A stretch of DNA of 64,000 nucleotides from Paraspadella gotoi (Eukaryota > Animalia > Chaetognatha), in assembly GCA_051294375.1 (NCBI GenBank), contig CM119267.1, positions 999,601-1,063,600 of the forward strand, read 5' to 3'. Both the position numbers and the translations under genes were made by a program. Positions 60,701-64,000 of this stretch are shown here, piece by piece. The notes beneath the pieces are model-generated. The model searched no databases, had not been told where the DNA came from, and saw nothing but the letters and a program-made list of their open reading frames with translations. How positions within the stretch are numbered: position 1 is the stretch's first letter; each line of letters opens with the position of its first letter.

Positions 60701-62616
60701 TTAGAGGAAGAGAAAGAAAAGCGACTCGCGACGTCCGACGCAGAGACCAGCGGCATTCCGTTGCTGCAACTCGTGCAGCAACTCTTGCGGAACGCCTCTA
60801 TGCAGACTTTGGGGAATCTAGAGGTTGGGGAAAAAAGCTCCAATATCATTCGAGTTAAACTTGGCTTAAATCTCGTTTTTTTTTTCCTAGGAATTGGATG
60901 GGAATTTCAAATCGGGAGCATCAAACGCTTTCAAAGAGGAATTAGCTCAAGGTTTGGCTTTTTAACTTTTGGTCTTGTTACGTTCTTTTGTTTGTAAATA
61001 TCAGTTTTAGTTTATTGGATAAACTTTATTTGAACTGTTATTCCCTCAGATTTTGATTCATCGCTAGAATCAATAAACGCGACGGCGATCGAGCTGCTCC
61101 TCCGATTCCAACGACTCCTCGTGGGGCGGATGTTTCCAAAAGTGAAGGTCAGTTAAAAGGTGATGTGGAGGTCACGAGTTCACGTCTCTGCGTCGCACGT
61201 TCGAGACGTCGCCCGTAGATTTTGACTCAATCTTCAGATAAGTCAGCAATAAAAAGTCACAATGTATTTTTAAGCAGAAAATGAGAAACTGTCCAGAAAA
61301 ATCTCAAAAACCGTTATTCAAGACGGGCAACTCCAAAAATGAGAATGAATGAATGAATGAATCTACGGATTCTGCGGATTTCTGCGGCCTTTTAGTAAAA
61401 AGCTTCGTTAATAAAAAGCAAAGAGAGAGAGAGAGAGAGATGGAGGCGAAAAAATAAGTAATTAAGTAATTCCTCTTTCCTCCTCTTTATACTAACTTTT
61501 CTTTTCATCTTCAGGAGCACCACAGCTCCTCCGAATTAACTTCTCCCCGTCCCGCGAGTCTGACGTCGCAACAACTCGCCGCTGCATCTCTGCTGCGTAA
61601 ATACGTCGTCCTTTTGGTCAGCCACGTCGCCGGTAAGGCAGAGATTGGAGGGTGGATGACAGAATTGGCAGATGGTAGATAAATATTAGATAATTGCAGA
61701 TGGTTGGTGATCAATAGTGATTGGCAGATATTCTTTGGCAGATAGCGTTTGATGGTCAACGTCAGTGGTTTGATGGCAGAGGTGTATCTCTCCCTCTCTC
61801 CCCCTCTCTCTCCCTCTCTCCCTCTCTATTCTTTCCTCACCCTTTTCCCCACCTTTTTTCCAGACATCCTTCCCCTCGCGACCTCCTTGGCGGCCTTTAG
61901 CGCTCGCAACTTCAGCGCCGTATCCGACATCATGATGGAGGACGCTATCGGGATCCTCTTACCGGAGATGATCGTCGGCGCGGTCCTGCTGCTGCTGAAG
62001 GCGCCCGGCGTCGTCCTCGCCTCCGGTTGCGTCCCAGTCTTGGGCGGCCTGCTGGACATCCTGGATCGATTCAACCGCCTCGCTCCTGGTGAGTCGGTGG
62101 TTGTTTTTTGTTTGTTTGTTATTAAAACGACAATTGTTTTGTTGGACTCAATGTTTTGAAGAATCACTTGAAATGTCAACGGGGCAATGATAAAGTTGAT
62201 GACAATCATCAATTAAATATTTAAGTAATCAATTATGCTTTGTATGTAATGAGAAGAAGATTTGGCTCTTGAGGTGGGATGTCGATCATTGGTCGGTCTC
62301 AGGTTGTCGTAAGATCTATGTTTCGACGGCCACCAATCACATCACAAGGCGGACCAAAGTTCGTTTATGGCTCTATTCAGTTTATTTATAAGTCTATTGT
62401 AATAAATCCTTGGATAAATTTCTTTTTCATCTCCAAATCTCTTCTTCGTCCAGGAATGCAACGCGAAGAGAATGAGGACTTGGCCTGGCCGGGATTTCTC
62501 TCTACTTCAACGCGCGGATATCAGAACACGACGGAGACTGAATGCCCCGTCATTAGGAAGGAAGACTTTGAGAATCACAACAAGGACGGGGGATTGTGGC
62601 TCATTCTTAAGGGCAA

Positions 62617-62679
<63 letters not shown>

Positions 62680-62945
62680 AAATATCTCCCTCTCCCAGGT
62701 CTACGACATCCAAGACATCAAAGACGATCTGTCCTCAACGGTGGAGGATTTCTCGACTGCCTCGTCGCTAGAGGCGTTGGCGTCGTCCGATCCGGCGTTG
62801 AAAGAGCGCCTCGACTCTTCCTGCGTCGGCGTCTTTCTCAAACCGGAAGACGACGTGGTGCAGTCGACGGACGTTTCCACGGTCTCGTCTCCGCTCGTCG
62901 ATGCGGCCCGGTCGCTTGCCTTTCTGCTCGGGATGCATGCAGCCG
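50734..62945 (+). CDS. HERC2: HERC2 giant E3 ligase, 5' part (N-terminus, first RCC1-like domain, cytochrome-b5-like domain); continues beyond the window
   Basis: [78 protein letters not shown]. Confidence 0.96.
55835..56122. repeat. Degenerate 12/24-bp minisatellite downstream of the nested basic gene
   Basis: Repeated TCGTTCACTACTTCGTTCATC(G/A)AA-like units. Confidence 0.7.
56125..57219 (-). CDS. Nested antisense 293-aa protein: acidic N-terminus, Ala-rich linker, protamine-like Arg/Lys/Ser/Ala C-terminus
   Basis: Exons 57219-56870, 56799-56732, 56588-56125 with donors GTGAGT and GTAAAT and CAG acceptors, phases 2 and 1; lies within HERC2 intron at about 55413-57479. Confidence 0.8.
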
Positions 62946-63063
62946 GTGAGGGCGACAAGGGATGATCGATGGGAAAGGGGAACATATGAAAGAATTTATA
63001 TTAAGAAATTGGTACAACCAATTTAAAAAAATGTATTCATTTTTTTCAATTTAAACATGCTAT

Positions 63064-63321
63064 TGTGGCGAATCCTAAATTCGCCTCCCGTATAGCATGG
63101 TGAAACTCAGCTCGTCCCATTGACTTGGACAGCTAAGTACTCGTTCACCAACCATGAGTTCCGTTTCAATCCCCTCACTGTCACACTGGTTAAAGTGTGA
63201 TGGTGTTGGCATAAACACATCCAGTAACATGGGGTGGTCACTTCAGGTCCAAAGCCCTGTGCGCCAGCTGTCGGGAAATGCCTCACACCCTGGGCCTCAC
63301 GCATGTCCCCCCATTGCCATA
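63064..63321 (+). mobile_element. Repeat family B LTR-like copy followed by a PBS-like sequence
   Basis: TGTGGCGAATCC...TTGCCATA followed by AG-TGGTGAGCC. Confidence 0.7.
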
Positions 63322-63419
63322 AGTGGTGAGCCCTCCTATCGAACACACAACCGCTGTGTACCGTCGCTCACGTTGTTGCTTAAGGATATGCATTAAGGCG
63401 TAGTGAAAGTTACGTATGG

Positions 63420-63982
63420 AAATTCTAAAAGTAAATTATGAACAACATACGCATCAGTAAATATTAATTTGTAAAAAAAATTATTTTAAATGATTTTTTT
63501 TAAAAATTTTCGCAGTAGGCTATATTTATATATAGTACTATCCTTATAAAATCGAAAAATTTCAAAAATAGGCTTTTCTTAATTTTGATTGCAGATTGAA
63601 TTTCTGTCAAAAGTTGATAAAGAGAAAATATTAATTATTTTTAAAAATTCTTTCATTAAGTGGGTTAAAATTAAAAAAACTATATTTAATATATAAAAAG
63701 TTAATTTTCAGGCTAAAATATAGCTTTTTTTAATTTTTGACCCACTTAATGAAGGAATTTTTCAAAAAAGGGTTATATTTCTTTTTATCAACTTTTTATG
63801 ACAAATCCAAATCTGCAGAAAAAAAACTTTTAAAAAAAAACTGTTTTGAAATTTTAAACATTTATTGAATTAGTACTAGTATAAATATGGCCTACTGCGT
63901 AAATTTTAAAATTTATTATAAATTTTTTTTATGTATATATGTTCATTAGTATAATGTTGTTCGTTCCTCACTTTTAGAATTT
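63420..63982. mobile_element. AT-rich fold-back / MITE-like imperfect palindrome
   Basis: Arms pair: AATTCTAAAAGT/ACTTTTAGAATT, CGCAGTAGGC/GCCTACTGCG, AAAAGTTGATAAA/TTTATCAACTTTT, TTCATTAAGTGGGT/ACCCACTTAATGAA; centre near 63700. Confidence 0.8.
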
Positions 63983-64000
63983 TAATTAAAGTTAAATTTA

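Overview
Compact, intron-rich animal (invertebrate-type) genomic DNA with GC/CpG-rich exons and AT-rich or pyrimidine-rich GT-AG introns. Fifteen conserved-type genes lie head-to-tail, all on the + strand: RABGEF1 (5' truncated), PSMD7, CLPX, CCP110, TMEM14, a MATE transporter, MRPL20, a WRN-type RecQ helicase, PSMB7, an ER FKBP, STEEP1, an ankyrin-repeat gene, DHX15, TARDBP and HERC2 (3' truncated). Most stop-to-ATG gaps are about 160-1000 bp and carry unpaired splice acceptors, which suggests a long eukaryotic operon resolved by spliced-leader trans-splicing (inference). Three spliced genes I do not recognise are nested in host introns: a same-strand 246-aa gene in RABGEF1, an antisense 79-aa tail-anchored micropeptide candidate in the ankyrin gene, and an antisense 293-aa protein in HERC2 with an acidic N-terminus and a protamine-like C-terminus. 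A frameshifted DIRS1-like tyrosine-recombinase retrotransposon sits in a 21-bp minisatellite; its circle-junction template (ICR) lies upstream of the ORFs rather than downstream. Two solo-LTR-like families with 4-bp TSDs and a fold-back element are also present. All gene calls come from manual translation and motif recognition; no searches were run and the species cannot be determined.
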